Below are positions 19,493 through 28,013 of a stretch of 64,000 nt of DNA, piece by piece; position 1 is the first letter of the stretch; the number at the start of each line of letters is the position of its first letter. The DNA is from an uncultured Clostridia bacterium (GTDB taxonomy: Bacteria > Bacillota > Clostridia > Oscillospirales > Oscillospiraceae). Position numbers and translations under genes: made by a program. The stretch lies in assembly GCA_946186375.1 (NCBI GenBank), contig CAMHMZ010000009.1, positions 1,419-65,418 of the forward strand. Reading direction: 5' to 3'. Under the pieces are notes generated by a model that made no database searches, was not told where the DNA came from, and saw nothing but the letters and a program-made list of their open reading frames with translations.

Positions 19493-19537
19493 AAGCAAGG
19501 CCCCATGCGAATGCATGAGGCCTTGCTGTTCATTTTT
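19493..19537. terminator. intrinsic terminator between the convergent Cthe_2159-like gene and cysE
   Basis: AGCAAGGCC..loop..GGCCTTGCT followed by GTTCATTTTT. Overlaps the cysE stop codon. Confidence 0.6.
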
Positions 19538-20189
19538 CGATCTCCTCGTCCGGAGTCGGCTCGCCCATATGGCTGTACAGAAACTCCAGCTCCGTGCGCA
19601 GGGCCAGCAGCTCGGCGCCGACGGGGTCGGTGACGTTGACCTGGTCCACCTCGCCCACATAGTTGACCTTGTGCCCGGCGACCTTGACGACGCGCGCAGG
19701 CACGCCGACGGCCGTGCAGTCCGGCGGGATCTCGCCCAGGACGACGGAGTTGGCCGCGATGCGGCAGTTGTCGCCCACCTTGAAGGGGCCGAGCACCTTC
19801 GCGCCCGTGCCGATGAGCACATTGTTGCCGATGGTCGGATGGCGCTTGCCGGTGTCCTTGCCGGTGCCGCCGAGCGTCACGCCGTGGTAGATGAGGCAGT
19901 CGTCCCCGATCTCGGCGGTCTCGCCGATGACGATGCCCATGCCGTGGTCGATGACGAGGCGCTTGCCGATCTTCGCGCCTGGGTGGATCTCGATGCCGGT
20001 GCGGCGGCGGCTCGCCTGTGAGATCTGCCGCGCGAGGAATTTGAGCCCGTGCTCATAGCACCAGTGGGCGCGGCGGTGGCTTCGCACGGCCTTGACGCCC
20101 GGATAGAGCAGCAGCACCTCGAGCGCGCTGCGCGCGGCGGGATCGCGCGCCTGATAGGCCGCGATCAGTTCTTTCATTTCCTGAAACAA
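19530..20189 (-). CDS. cysE: serine O-acetyltransferase
   Basis: Probable TTG start (MFQEMKELI..DPAARS). Hexapeptide repeats GAKIGKRLVIDHGMGIVIGETAEIGDDCLIYHGVTLGGTG. Confidence 0.9.
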   Translation of the reverse strand: MFQEMKELIAAYQARDPAARSALEVLLLYPGVKAVRSHRRAHWCYEHGLKFLARQISQASRRRTGIEIHPGAKIGKRLVIDHGMGIVIGETAEIGDDCLIYHGVTLGGTGKDTGKRHPTIGNNVLIGTGAKVLGPFKVGDNCRIAANSVVLGEIPPDCTAVGVPARVVKVAGHKVNYVGEVDQVNVTDPVGAELLALRTELEFLYSHMGEPTPDEEIEK

Positions 20190-20295
20190 AACGGTCCCTC
20201 CCTGTCAGTTCATTCTATTCCGAAGCTGACGCGGGGACATCGACGGACGGTCAACAGCATGTCGCTTCTCCTACAAAAGCAATAGGGATGGCGAG

Positions 20296-20325
20296 ATTAT
20301 ACACTACGCGCCCGCGCCCTGTCAA
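20296..20325 (-). promoter_or_regulatory. sigma-70-type promoter of cysE
   Basis: Reverse strand reads TTGACA-18 nt-TATAAT with TG at the extended -10 position. The leader is about 105 nt. Confidence 0.5.
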
Positions 20326-20334
20326 CCGACGCGG

Positions 20335-20889
20335 CTAGTCCTTTTTCTCCAGCTCGCGGCGCATGCGCAGGAGCTTGCCGCCGCAGTGGACGAACAGGTA
20401 AATATACAACGCGGCCATGAGACCGAAGAAGCACAGGAAGAAACGGCTCGCTCCGTAGAGCTCCCCGTTGATGGCGCGCACGAGCGAGGGCAGCACGCAG
20501 CAGAGGAAGATCGTCATCAGCGGCAGCAGGCGCGTCTGCAGCACCCGCTTGACCATGCCGAGGCGGCTCTCGTCGTCGGAGAAGAGCTCTTCGCCGTCCC
20601 CGGCGGTCTCCGCAGCGCTGCGGCGCCAGTAGCCCCAGCCCATGCAGTTGCCGCAGCTTTCCCAGCCGAAGTCCTCCAGCATGCGCTCATAGTCCGCGCC
20701 CTCCTGCGCGTCCCGGAAATCGAGCCGGTAGATCACATCCTCCGGTTCGACGCGCTCGAACACATAGAAGCAGGGCACGATCATGCGCACGAAGCGCAGC
20801 CCCTCCCGGGCCTTTTCACGCAGCCAGCGCTCCTCTTCCTTGAAATCCGCGATCGTGAAGACCGCGAGCTTTGTCACTCTTTCAGCCAT
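20335..20889 (-). CDS. DUF2812 domain-containing membrane protein
   Basis: N-terminal FKEEERWLREKAREGLRF.. block typical of DUF2812, then two TM helices. Overlaps the stop of the PadR gene by 8 nt. Confidence 0.75.
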   Translation of the reverse strand: MAERVTKLAVFTIADFKEEERWLREKAREGLRFVRMIVPCFYVFERVEPEDVIYRLDFRDAQEGADYERMLEDFGWESCGNCMGWGYWRRSAAETAGDGEELFSDDESRLGMVKRVLQTRLLPLMTIFLCCVLPSLVRAINGELYGASRFFLCFFGLMAALYIYLFVHCGGKLLRMRRELEKKD

Positions 20890-21205
20890 TGACTTTCTCC
20901 CCTCTGCTGTTCAGATACAGCCTTTCGATGCGCTTCAGCTCCCGCTCCAGGACCTCCCGGCCCAGGGGCGTGATGCGGTAGAGCCTCCGCTTTTCCTCCT
21001 CATGATCGAACTCGATCAGTCCGTCCTTCTCCATCTTGGAGAGCGTGCCGTACATCGTCCCCGCGCCGATCGTGACTTCTCCGTTCGTCATCCACTCCAC
21101 CTGCCGTGCGATACCGTAGCCGTGCTGCGGCGTGATGAGGCAGTAGAGGATGTAAAAGCCCGTCTCGGTCATCGGGACGTAGATCTTGGCGATCCTGTCG
21201 TCCAT
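20882..21205 (-). CDS. PadR family transcriptional regulator
   Basis: ORF 20882..21361 trimmed to ATG 21203-21205 behind GAGGTG. YILYCL..HGYGIARQVE...GTMYGTLSKMEKDGLI winged-helix signature. Confidence 0.85.
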   Translation of the reverse strand: MDDRIAKIYVPMTETGFYILYCLITPQHGYGIARQVEWMTNGEVTIGAGTMYGTLSKMEKDGLIEFDHEEEKRRLYRITPLGREVLERELKRIERLYLNSRGEKVNG

Positions 21206-21216
21206 GTATTTCACCT

Positions 21217-21267
21217 CGATATATCGAACTGCGATATAAATATATCGCGCCTCGATACATTTGTCAA
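21217..21267 (-). promoter_or_regulatory. padR promoter with overlapping ATATCG/CGATAT inverted-repeat operator candidates
   Basis: Reverse strand reads TTGACA-17-TATATT. CGATATATTTATATCG overlaps the -10, and ATATCGCAGTTCGATAT lies just downstream. Confidence 0.5.
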
Positions 21268-21295
21268 GTCTTTTTTTCTTTTTTTCCATTCCTTC

Positions 21296-21325
21296 TTGTA
21301 CGGCCGCCGTGCTTTGTGGTACAAT
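21296..21325 (+). promoter_or_regulatory. promoter of the ptb-like gene
   Basis: TTGTAC-18-TACAAT with an extended -10 TGG. Confidence 0.45.
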
Positions 21326-21393
21326 AACACCATCGAATACGCGCGGTCTCTTCGCGCGCACGGAAACGAACGATAATACAAGGAGGAACTCCC

Positions 21394-22338
21394 ATGGGCG
21401 AAAAATATCTGAGCGGATTTGACGAGATCATCGAAAAGGCGAAGGCCGTCGAGCGGCCGATGCGCGCGGCCGTCGCCGCGGCGGACGCCGAAAATATCGT
21501 GCGCGGCGTCTTCATGGCGCAGGACGCCGGCTTTGTCGAGCCCATCCTCGTCGGCAACGAGGGCAAGATCCGCGCCGTGCTGGAGCGGATCGGCGAGGCC
21601 GGGCGCGACGTGCAGATCATCGACGCCTCCGGCGGCGACAGCTCCGTGCAGTACGCGATCGAGATGATCAACGCCGGCAGCGCCGACTGCCTGATGCGCG
21701 GCAATTCCAGCACGCGCGATTTCCTGATGCCCGTGCTGAACAAGAGCAACCACCTCATCCAACCCGACTGTCTCGTCACCCACATCAATTTCCTCAAGGT
21801 TCCCGGGCTCGAGCGGCTGCTCGCGATCTCGGACGTGACGCTGCTGATCAATCCCCCGATGGACGCGCGCAAGGAGGTCGTGAAGAACATGGTCAAGGCC
21901 TTTAAGGCCTTCGGCGTGGACAGGCCGAACATCGCCCTGCTCGCCCTGGTGGAGAAGCCCAGCTATCAGATGCGCGACACCGTCGAGGCGCAGACCATGG
22001 TGCGCGACAACGAGCGCCGTCCCTTTGCCGACTGCAACCTCGTCGGCCCCATCGCCTATGACCTCATCGTCAGCAAGGAGGCTGCGCGCCTCAAGGGCTA
22101 CGACTGTCCGTACTGCGGCGAGTTCGACGGCATCGTCGTGCCGAACCTCGCCACCGGCAACGTGATGGTCAAGGTGCTGCAGCAGAGCGCCGGGGCCACC
22201 GGCTTCGGCGTGCTCGTCGGAGCGACGATCCCCATCGCGATCACCTCGCGCGCCGATCAGCCCGACCAGGCCTTCCAGTCGCTGGCCGCCTGCGCCGCGA
22301 TGTGGGGCTCCGGGATCTACCGGAAGTTCCACCAGTGA
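21394..22338 (+). CDS. ptb: phosphate butyryl/acetyl-transferase family protein
   Basis: 314 aa behind AGGAGG. Blocks RAAVAAADAENIV and GNVMVKVLQQ fit the PTA_PTB fold. No kinase gene is adjacent. Confidence 0.75.
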   Translation: MGEKYLSGFDEIIEKAKAVERPMRAAVAAADAENIVRGVFMAQDAGFVEPILVGNEGKIRAVLERIGEAGRDVQIIDASGGDSSVQYAIEMINAGSADCLMRGNSSTRDFLMPVLNKSNHLIQPDCLVTHINFLKVPGLERLLAISDVTLLINPPMDARKEVVKNMVKAFKAFGVDRPNIALLALVEKPSYQMRDTVEAQTMVRDNERRPFADCNLVGPIAYDLIVSKEAARLKGYDCPYCGEFDGIVVPNLATGNVMVKVLQQSAGATGFGVLVGATIPIAITSRADQPDQAFQSLAACAAMWGSGIYRKFHQ

Positions 22339-22446
22339 TCCGCGTTCTCCGCTAATTTACAAAAACGACTTGTTTTCCGGCCGGGCTCCGTCTATGATGG
22401 AGCTCGGCCGCGTGCTTCGGAGCAATCTGCGCGGCGGAGCCTTGTC

Positions 22447-23112
22447 ATGACGAAACGCGAACAGTATATTCGAATAACGATCTTTCTGCTGATCCTGGGG
22501 CTGTTTTCGCTCCTGCTGTGGTACATCGGCCGCCCGATGCTGCGCTTTGTGTCCGAGCCGGAGCGCTTTCAGCTCTGGATGCGCGAGCGCGGCTTCTGGG
22601 GCGTGGCGGCGCTGGTCGTAATGCACATGCTGCAGGTCTTCGCCGCCGTGATCCCCAGCGGGCCGCTGTCCATGGCCGCGGGCTATGCCTTCGGGCCCTT
22701 TTTGGGCACGGTGATCTGCGTGCTGGCCGACACGGCGGCCGCGATACTGCTGGTGCTGCTGGTGCGGCGCTTCGGGCCGAAGGTGCTGCGGCTGCTGACC
22801 GGGAAGGATCCCGAGCAATACCGCCTCTTCCGGAAGCAGCGCGGGCTCGGCTGGCTGCTGCTCTTCCTCTTTCTGATCCCCGGCACGCCCAAGGACGTGA
22901 TGACCTATGCTGTCGGCATGGCGGATCTCTCGCTCTGGGCCTGGCTGGGCATCAACCTCGTCGGGCGCATCCCCGGCGTCGCGCTCTCGGCCTACGGCGG
23001 CAGCTCCCTCAGCCGCGGACAGCTCGGATGGCTGATCGGCATCTGCGCCTTCTGCGCCGCGCTCTACCCCCTGGGAATGCTGCTGTATAAGCGCTATACG
23101 AAAACCCAATAA
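22447..23112 (+). CDS. TVP38/TMEM64 (DedA-related, VTT domain) membrane protein
   Basis: 221-aa multi-TM protein with a ..LIPGTPKDVMTYAVG.. block typical of the family. Confidence 0.8.
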   Translation: MTKREQYIRITIFLLILGLFSLLLWYIGRPMLRFVSEPERFQLWMRERGFWGVAALVVMHMLQVFAAVIPSGPLSMAAGYAFGPFLGTVICVLADTAAAILLVLLVRRFGPKVLRLLTGKDPEQYRLFRKQRGLGWLLLFLFLIPGTPKDVMTYAVGMADLSLWAWLGINLVGRIPGVALSAYGGSSLSRGQLGWLIGICAFCAALYPLGMLLYKRYTKTQ

Positions 23113-23115
23113 AGG

Positions 23116-23158
23116 ATCGCCCGTCCGCCTTGCGAAAGTCGGACGGGCGATTTATAAT
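23116..23158 (+). terminator. terminator hairpin overlapping a promoter-like element for the channel gene
   Basis: ATCGCCCGTCCG..CGGACGGGCGAT then TTTATAAT. TTGCGA-17-TATAAT (23130..23158) is embedded in the same sequence. Confidence 0.5.
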
Positions 23159-23198
23159 AGCAGCGAAAAACTTTCCCTTGCCGAGAGGAGAGACAGCC

Positions 23199-23948
23199 GT
23201 GCGAAAAAGGATCTATGAGATCATCGAGATCTCCCGGGACGGCGACCGGCTCAGCGCCGTATACGACAGCTTCATGATCGTCATGATCGCGCTGAGCCTG
23301 CTGCCGCTGCTGTTCAAGGAGACGACGCCCTTCCTGACGGCGCTCGACCGCGTCGCGGTGGCCGTGTTCATCCTGGACTATCTGCTGCGCTGGGCCACGG
23401 CCGACTACAAGTTTGGCCGCGCCGGCGTCCTCAGCTTCGTGCGCTATCCCTTCTCGTTCATGGCGCTGATCGATCTTTTGAGCATCCTCCCCTCGCTGAC
23501 GCTCCTCAACGGCGCTTTCAAGGTGCTGCGCATGCTGCGTATGGCGCGGGCGCTGCGGGTGTTTCGCGTGCTGCGCGCCGCGCGCTACTCGAAGAGCCTG
23601 CGCATCATCGCCGCGGTGCTCAAAAGCTCGAAGGAGTCGCTGCTGGCCGTGGGCTCTCTGGCGCTGGCGTACATCTTCATTTGCGCGCTCATCATCTTCA
23701 ACGCCGAGCCGGACTCCTTTCAGAATTTCTTTGAGGCGCTCTACTGGTCGACCGTGCTGCTGACCACCGTCGGCTTCGGCGATATCACGCCCGTCACGGT
23801 CGTCGGGCGCGCCATCGCCATGAGCTCGTCGATCTTCGGCATCGCGATCGTGGCGCTGCCCTCCGGCATCATCACCGCCGGCTACATGAAGCAGCTGAGC
23901 GCGGAGGAGGAGACCCCGCCGCGCAGGGACGCCCCGCTCGGGCTGTGA
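23199..23948 (+). CDS. voltage-gated-type potassium channel (ion transport protein)
   Basis: GTG 23199 behind GAGAGGAG preferred over the ORF-track start 23130. S4-like RMLRMARALRVFRVLRAARYSKSLR. Selectivity filter TTVGFGD. Confidence 0.8.
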   Translation: MRKRIYEIIEISRDGDRLSAVYDSFMIVMIALSLLPLLFKETTPFLTALDRVAVAVFILDYLLRWATADYKFGRAGVLSFVRYPFSFMALIDLLSILPSLTLLNGAFKVLRMLRMARALRVFRVLRAARYSKSLRIIAAVLKSSKESLLAVGSLALAYIFICALIIFNAEPDSFQNFFEALYWSTVLLTTVGFGDITPVTVVGRAIAMSSSIFGIAIVALPSGIITAGYMKQLSAEEETPPRRDAPLGL

Positions 23949-23957
23949 GGAGGCGCC

Positions 23958-24413
23958 ATGTCTGATTATATTATGGAGCTTCGGAAGACGGTCGGCCACC
24001 GGCTGCTGCTGAGCGTCGGCGTCGGCGTCCTCGTGCTCGACGGCGCGGGCCGCCTTCTGCTGCAAAAGCGCAGCGACAACGGTTGCTGGGACTACGCGGG
24101 CGGCGCGGTGGAGCCCGACGAGGACGTCGAGGCCGCCGCGCGGCGCGAGCTGGAGGAGGAGACGGGCCTGCGCGCGGGAGCGCTCGAGCTTTTCGGCGTT
24201 TTCTCCGGGCCGGACTGCCACTTCTATTATCCCAATGGGGACGAGGTCTCCTATGTGATATTGCTCTATACCTGCCGTGACTACAGCGGCGCGCTCACCC
24301 CGCAGCCGGGCGAGGTGGAGGAGCTTCGCTTCTTCGCCCCCGATGAGCTCCCCGGCGATATTTCCCCGGTCTCGCGCCGCCCGCTGCGCGCGTGGCTGGA
24401 AAAGGAGGGCTGA
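23958..24413 (+). CDS. NUDIX hydrolase
   Basis: Nudix box GGAVEPDEDVEAAARRELEEETGL. Confidence 0.85.
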   Translation: MSDYIMELRKTVGHRLLLSVGVGVLVLDGAGRLLLQKRSDNGCWDYAGGAVEPDEDVEAAARRELEEETGLRAGALELFGVFSGPDCHFYYPNGDEVSYVILLYTCRDYSGALTPQPGEVEELRFFAPDELPGDISPVSRRPLRAWLEKEG

Positions 24414-24415
24414 CC

Positions 24416-25702
24416 ATGGCCAGAAATACCGATCCCGCGCTGCAGCGGCAGGTCATCTATTCGATCTACGTGCGCAGCCACACCCCGGAGGGGACCTTCC
24501 TCTCCGTCATCCCCGATCTCGACCGCATCCGCGCCCTCGGCACGGATATCATCTGGTTCCTCCCCATCCACCCCATCGGCGTCAAGGGGAAGAAGGGCAG
24601 TCTCGGCTGCCCCTACGCCAACCGGGACTACCGCGCCGTCAACCCCGCCTACGGCACGCTCGAGGATTTCCGGCGCCTTGTCGACGAGATCCACGCGCGC
24701 GGCATGAAGGTGATGATCGACGTCGTGTACAACCACACCTCGCCCGACTCCGTGCTCTATGCCGAGCACCCGGAGTTCTTCTACCGCCGCCCGGACGGCC
24801 GCCCCGGCAACCGCGTGGGCGAGTGGACGGACGTGATCGACCTGGACTACTCCCAGCCCGGGCTCTGGGACTATCAGCTCGACTCGCTGTGCACTTGGGC
24901 CGGGATCGTGGACGGTTTCCGCTGCGACGTGGCCTCGCTCGTGCCGGAGCCCTTCTGGCGTGAGGCACGAGAGCGCGTCGCGCGCGTCAGACCCGATTTC
25001 ATCTGGCTGGCCGAGACCGTGCACACGGGCTTCGGCAACCTCTGCCGCCGCGAGGGCCTGGCCGCGGCGCGGGACGTGGAGCTCTTCGAGGACTTCGATC
25101 TCGAGTACGAATATGATATCCGCGAGACCCTCGATGCCTATCTCGCCGGGCGGCTGCCGCTGTCGGCCTGGATGGACGCGCTGAATTTCCAGGAGGCCAT
25201 CTATCCGGCCAACTACAACAAAATGCGCTTTCTGGAAAACCACGACCAGCCCCGCATCGCCTCGCTTGTGACGGACGAGCGCGCGCTCGAGGCTTTCACG
25301 GCGCTGCTCTTCTTCCTCAAGGGGACGACGCTGCTCTACGCGGGGCAGGAATTTTGCGACGCGCACCGCCCGAGCCTCTTCGAGCGCGAGCCCATCGACC
25401 GCACGGGCCGCGACCTGAGCCCGCTCCTGCGCCGCCTGGCGGAGGTAAAGCGCGAGGCCTTCTCGCCGGACGACTGGTTCTTCGCCGCCTCCGACGACGA
25501 AAAGCACATCGCGCTGCTGCAGCGCGGCGGGGCGCGCGGCCGCGCGCTCGGCGTCTTCCCGCTGCGCGGCACGGGAGGAGAAGTCAGCGTGGACGCGCCG
25601 GACGGCGACTACCGGGAGCTTCTCTCCGGCGGAACAGTATCTGTGAAAAATGGCAAAATATTCTGTGCCGACCGCCCCTTGATTTTTACATTGCCGCGCT
25701 GA
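24416..25702 (+). CDS. GH13 alpha-amylase-family glycoside hydrolase
   Basis: ORF 24392..25702 trimmed to ATG 24416. GH13 regions VMIDVVYNHTS, GFRCDVA, IWLAE and FLENHDQPR. Confidence 0.85.
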   Translation: MARNTDPALQRQVIYSIYVRSHTPEGTFLSVIPDLDRIRALGTDIIWFLPIHPIGVKGKKGSLGCPYANRDYRAVNPAYGTLEDFRRLVDEIHARGMKVMIDVVYNHTSPDSVLYAEHPEFFYRRPDGRPGNRVGEWTDVIDLDYSQPGLWDYQLDSLCTWAGIVDGFRCDVASLVPEPFWREARERVARVRPDFIWLAETVHTGFGNLCRREGLAAARDVELFEDFDLEYEYDIRETLDAYLAGRLPLSAWMDALNFQEAIYPANYNKMRFLENHDQPRIASLVTDERALEAFTALLFFLKGTTLLYAGQEFCDAHRPSLFEREPIDRTGRDLSPLLRRLAEVKREAFSPDDWFFAASDDEKHIALLQRGGARGRALGVFPLRGTGGEVSVDAPDGDYRELLSGGTVSVKNGKIFCADRPLIFTLPR

Positions 25703-25710
25703 GTTTTCTG

Positions 25711-25740
25711 TTGCGCTGCGGGCGCGGCACGCATTATAAT
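25711..25740 (+). promoter_or_regulatory. promoter of the guaA-like gene
   Basis: TTGCGC-18-TATAAT. The short leader (about 30 nt) leaves no room for a purine riboswitch. Confidence 0.45.
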
Positions 25741-25773
25741 AGGGGAGAAATCATCTTACGGGAGGATACAGAT

Positions 25774-26754
25774 ATGGCAGACAACAAACGCCCCGAAAGC
25801 ATGGAACGGATCACGACGCCTGAGCTGGCCCAGGCCTTTATCGACGAGCAGCTGGCCGCCCTGCGCGCCCAGATCGGCGATAAGAAGGTGCTGCTGGCCC
25901 TCTCCGGCGGCGTCGACTCCTCTGTCGTCGCGGCCCTGCTGATCAAGGCCGTCGGCAAGCAGCTCACCTGCGTGCACGTCAACCACGGCCTGCTGCGCAA
26001 GGGCGAGCCCGAACAGGTCATCGAGGTCTTCCGCAACCAGATGAACGCCAACCTCATCTATGTCGACGCGGTGGACCGTTTTCTGGACAAGCTCGCGGGC
26101 GTGGCCGAGCCCGAGCAGAAGCGCCACATCATCGGCGCGGAGTTCATCCGTGTCTTTGAGGAAGAGGCCCGCAAGCTCGACGGGATCGAATTCCTCGCCC
26201 AGGGCACCATCTATCCCGACATCCTCGAGAGCGGCCCGGTCAAGGCGCACCACAACGTGGGCGGCCTGCCGGAGGATCTGCAGTTCGAGCTGGTCGAGCC
26301 GCTGAAGTTCCTCTTCAAGGATGAGGTCCGCGTGGTCGGTAAGGCCCTGGGTTTGCCCGACGGCATGGTCTACCGTCAGCCCTTCCCCGGCCCCGGTCTG
26401 GGCGTGCGCTGTGTCGGCGCCATCACCCGCGACCGTCTGGAGGCCGTGCGCGAGAGCGACGCCATTTTGCGTGAGGAGTTTGCCAAAAACGGCCTGGCCG
26501 GCAAGGTCTGGCAGTATTTCACCATCGTGCCCGACTTCAAGTCCACCGGCATCACCAACGGCCTGCGCACCTACGACTGGCCGGTCGTCATCCGTGCCGT
26601 CAACACCGTCGACGCCGTGACCGCCGAGGTCGCGGAGCTGGACTTCAAGCTCGTCGCGCACATCACCGAGCGCATTACCCACGAGGTCAAGGGCGTCAAC
26701 CGCGTCCTCTGGGACGTCACGCCCAAGCCCACCGGCACCATCGAGTGGGAATAA
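25774..26754 (+). CDS. guaA: GMP synthase ATP-pyrophosphatase plus dimerisation domains only (no glutamine amidotransferase domain)
   Basis: ORF 25354..26754 trimmed to ATG 25774 behind GGGAGGA. PP-loop LSGGVDSSV, RQPFPGPGLGVR, C-terminal ..GTIEWE. 326 aa, against the usual roughly 510 aa. Confidence 0.85.
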   Translation: MADNKRPESMERITTPELAQAFIDEQLAALRAQIGDKKVLLALSGGVDSSVVAALLIKAVGKQLTCVHVNHGLLRKGEPEQVIEVFRNQMNANLIYVDAVDRFLDKLAGVAEPEQKRHIIGAEFIRVFEEEARKLDGIEFLAQGTIYPDILESGPVKAHHNVGGLPEDLQFELVEPLKFLFKDEVRVVGKALGLPDGMVYRQPFPGPGLGVRCVGAITRDRLEAVRESDAILREEFAKNGLAGKVWQYFTIVPDFKSTGITNGLRTYDWPVVIRAVNTVDAVTAEVAELDFKLVAHITERITHEVKGVNRVLWDVTPKPTGTIEWE

Positions 26755-26798
26755 GCAAAGTTTGTCTTCGGTTGGCTTGAATCATCTCAAAACATTTG

Positions 26799-26838
26799 AA
26801 ACAGCAGGCATTCTACGGAGTGCCTGCTGTTTACTTTC
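26799..26838 (+). terminator. intrinsic terminator of the guaA-like gene (part of direct repeat copy 1)
   Basis: AACAGCAGGCATTC-TACG-GAGTGCCTGCTGTTTACTTTC. Confidence 0.7.
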
Positions 26839-26903
26839 ATCTGTTATGATAGCGGAATGATAGCAAAACTGGTAAGAACTACAGCAAAACGCCGCTTTTC
26901 CCC

Positions 26904-26931
26904 TTGTGCTTTTGCCTTTTTGTCGTATAAT
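26904..26931 (+). promoter_or_regulatory. promoter of the yhcG-mcrB-mcrC-like cassette (inside direct repeat copy 1)
   Basis: TTGTGC-16-TATAAT, about 30 nt upstream of the ATG at 26964. Confidence 0.5.
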
Positions 26932-26963
26932 AACGGTAATCAAAAGAAGGTGAGGTCTTGCGG

Positions 26964-27992
26964 ATGACAGATCAAATTCGGCCCATCAATCAGGATATCA
27001 AGCTTGTCATTCATGAGATCGGCGATCTGCTGGCCGCTGCCCGGAGCAATGTTGCCCGGCAGGTGAATAACGAGCTGCTGAGCACCTATTGGAATATCGG
27101 GCGTATTATTGCCGAATATGAGCAGACGGTGCCGGAGCGGGCTGACTACGGTAAACAGACGCTCAAGGAGCTGTCAAAGGCGCTGACCGCTGAATTTGGA
27201 AAGGGCTTTTCTGTCTCCAACATTCAGTTCATGCGGCGGTTTTATCAGACCTACCAAATTCAACAGACAGCGTCTGTTAAATTGAGTTGGTCGCATTACT
27301 GCGAACTTCTTTCCATTTCGGACCCGGACAAGCGCAGCTTTTATGAGAAGGAAGCGGTCAATTCCAACTGGTCTGTGCGCGAGCTCAAGCGTCAGATTGA
27401 GAGCTCCCTGTTCGAGCGTCTGCTGCTATCCCGTGGGGATGCAAACAAGGAGCAGGTGCTGGCGCTGGCGGAGAAAGGAATTGAGATCGCTGAACCGTCT
27501 GATCTCATTCGCGACCCGTATGTGTTTGAATTCCTCGGCATCCCGGAGGACAAGCCCATGCTGGAGAGCGACCTGGAACGGGCGCTGGTGCAGCAGATTG
27601 AAAAGTTCCTGCTGGAGCTGGGGCGGGGCTTCATGTTTGTCGGCACACAGCAAAGGGTGACGATCAATAACACCCACTACTATGTGGACATGGTGTTCTA
27701 CAACAAGATCCTCCGCGCCTATGTTCTGATCGAACTGAAGACCACAAAACTGACGCCGGAAGCCGCGGGGCAGATCAATCTATATCTGAATTACTATGCC
27801 TCTGAGGTCAACGATCCGGATGACAATCCTCCGATCGGGATCATCCTGTGCACCGAGAAGGACAGCATCACGGCGGAGTACGCTTTGGGCGGTCTGTCAA
27901 ACAACGTCTTTGCCTCGCGTTATGTGCTGGTTATGCCCAACAAGGAACAGTTGATCGCCCAGGTAGAAGCGGTTTTGAAGAAGCGGAAATGA
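26964..27992 (+). CDS. YhcG-like PDDEXK nuclease (DUF1016 family)
   Basis: ATG 26964 behind AGGTGAGG. N-terminal DUF1016-type helical region (..STYWNIGRIIAEYEQ..). C-terminal nuclease core YVDMVFYN..YVLIELKTTKL. Low GC. Confidence 0.75.
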   Translation: MTDQIRPINQDIKLVIHEIGDLLAAARSNVARQVNNELLSTYWNIGRIIAEYEQTVPERADYGKQTLKELSKALTAEFGKGFSVSNIQFMRRFYQTYQIQQTASVKLSWSHYCELLSISDPDKRSFYEKEAVNSNWSVRELKRQIESSLFERLLLSRGDANKEQVLALAEKGIEIAEPSDLIRDPYVFEFLGIPEDKPMLESDLERALVQQIEKFLLELGRGFMFVGTQQRVTINNTHYYVDMVFYNKILRAYVLIELKTTKLTPEAAGQINLYLNYYASEVNDPDDNPPIGIILCTEKDSITAEYALGGLSNNVFASRYVLVMPNKEQLIAQVEAVLKKRK

Positions 27993-28013
27993 AACAGGAA
28001 AGAGGGAATACAG

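Larger units (their letters stand above)
26771..26933 (+). repeat. direct repeat copy 1 (terminator plus promoter module) flanking the McrBC-like cassette
   Basis: Aligns without indels to 31036..31198 at a constant offset of 4,265 bp. The 58 bp from 26796 are identical, and I count about 10 mismatches over the last 138 bp. Confidence 0.85.

Noticed and set aside
20190-20334. Possible T-box or other riboswitch leader upstream of cysE
   Set aside because: The leader is only about 105 nt after a clear promoter. I see no specifier-loop/T-box sequence (AANNNGGUGNNACCNCG-like) and no terminator/antiterminator pair.
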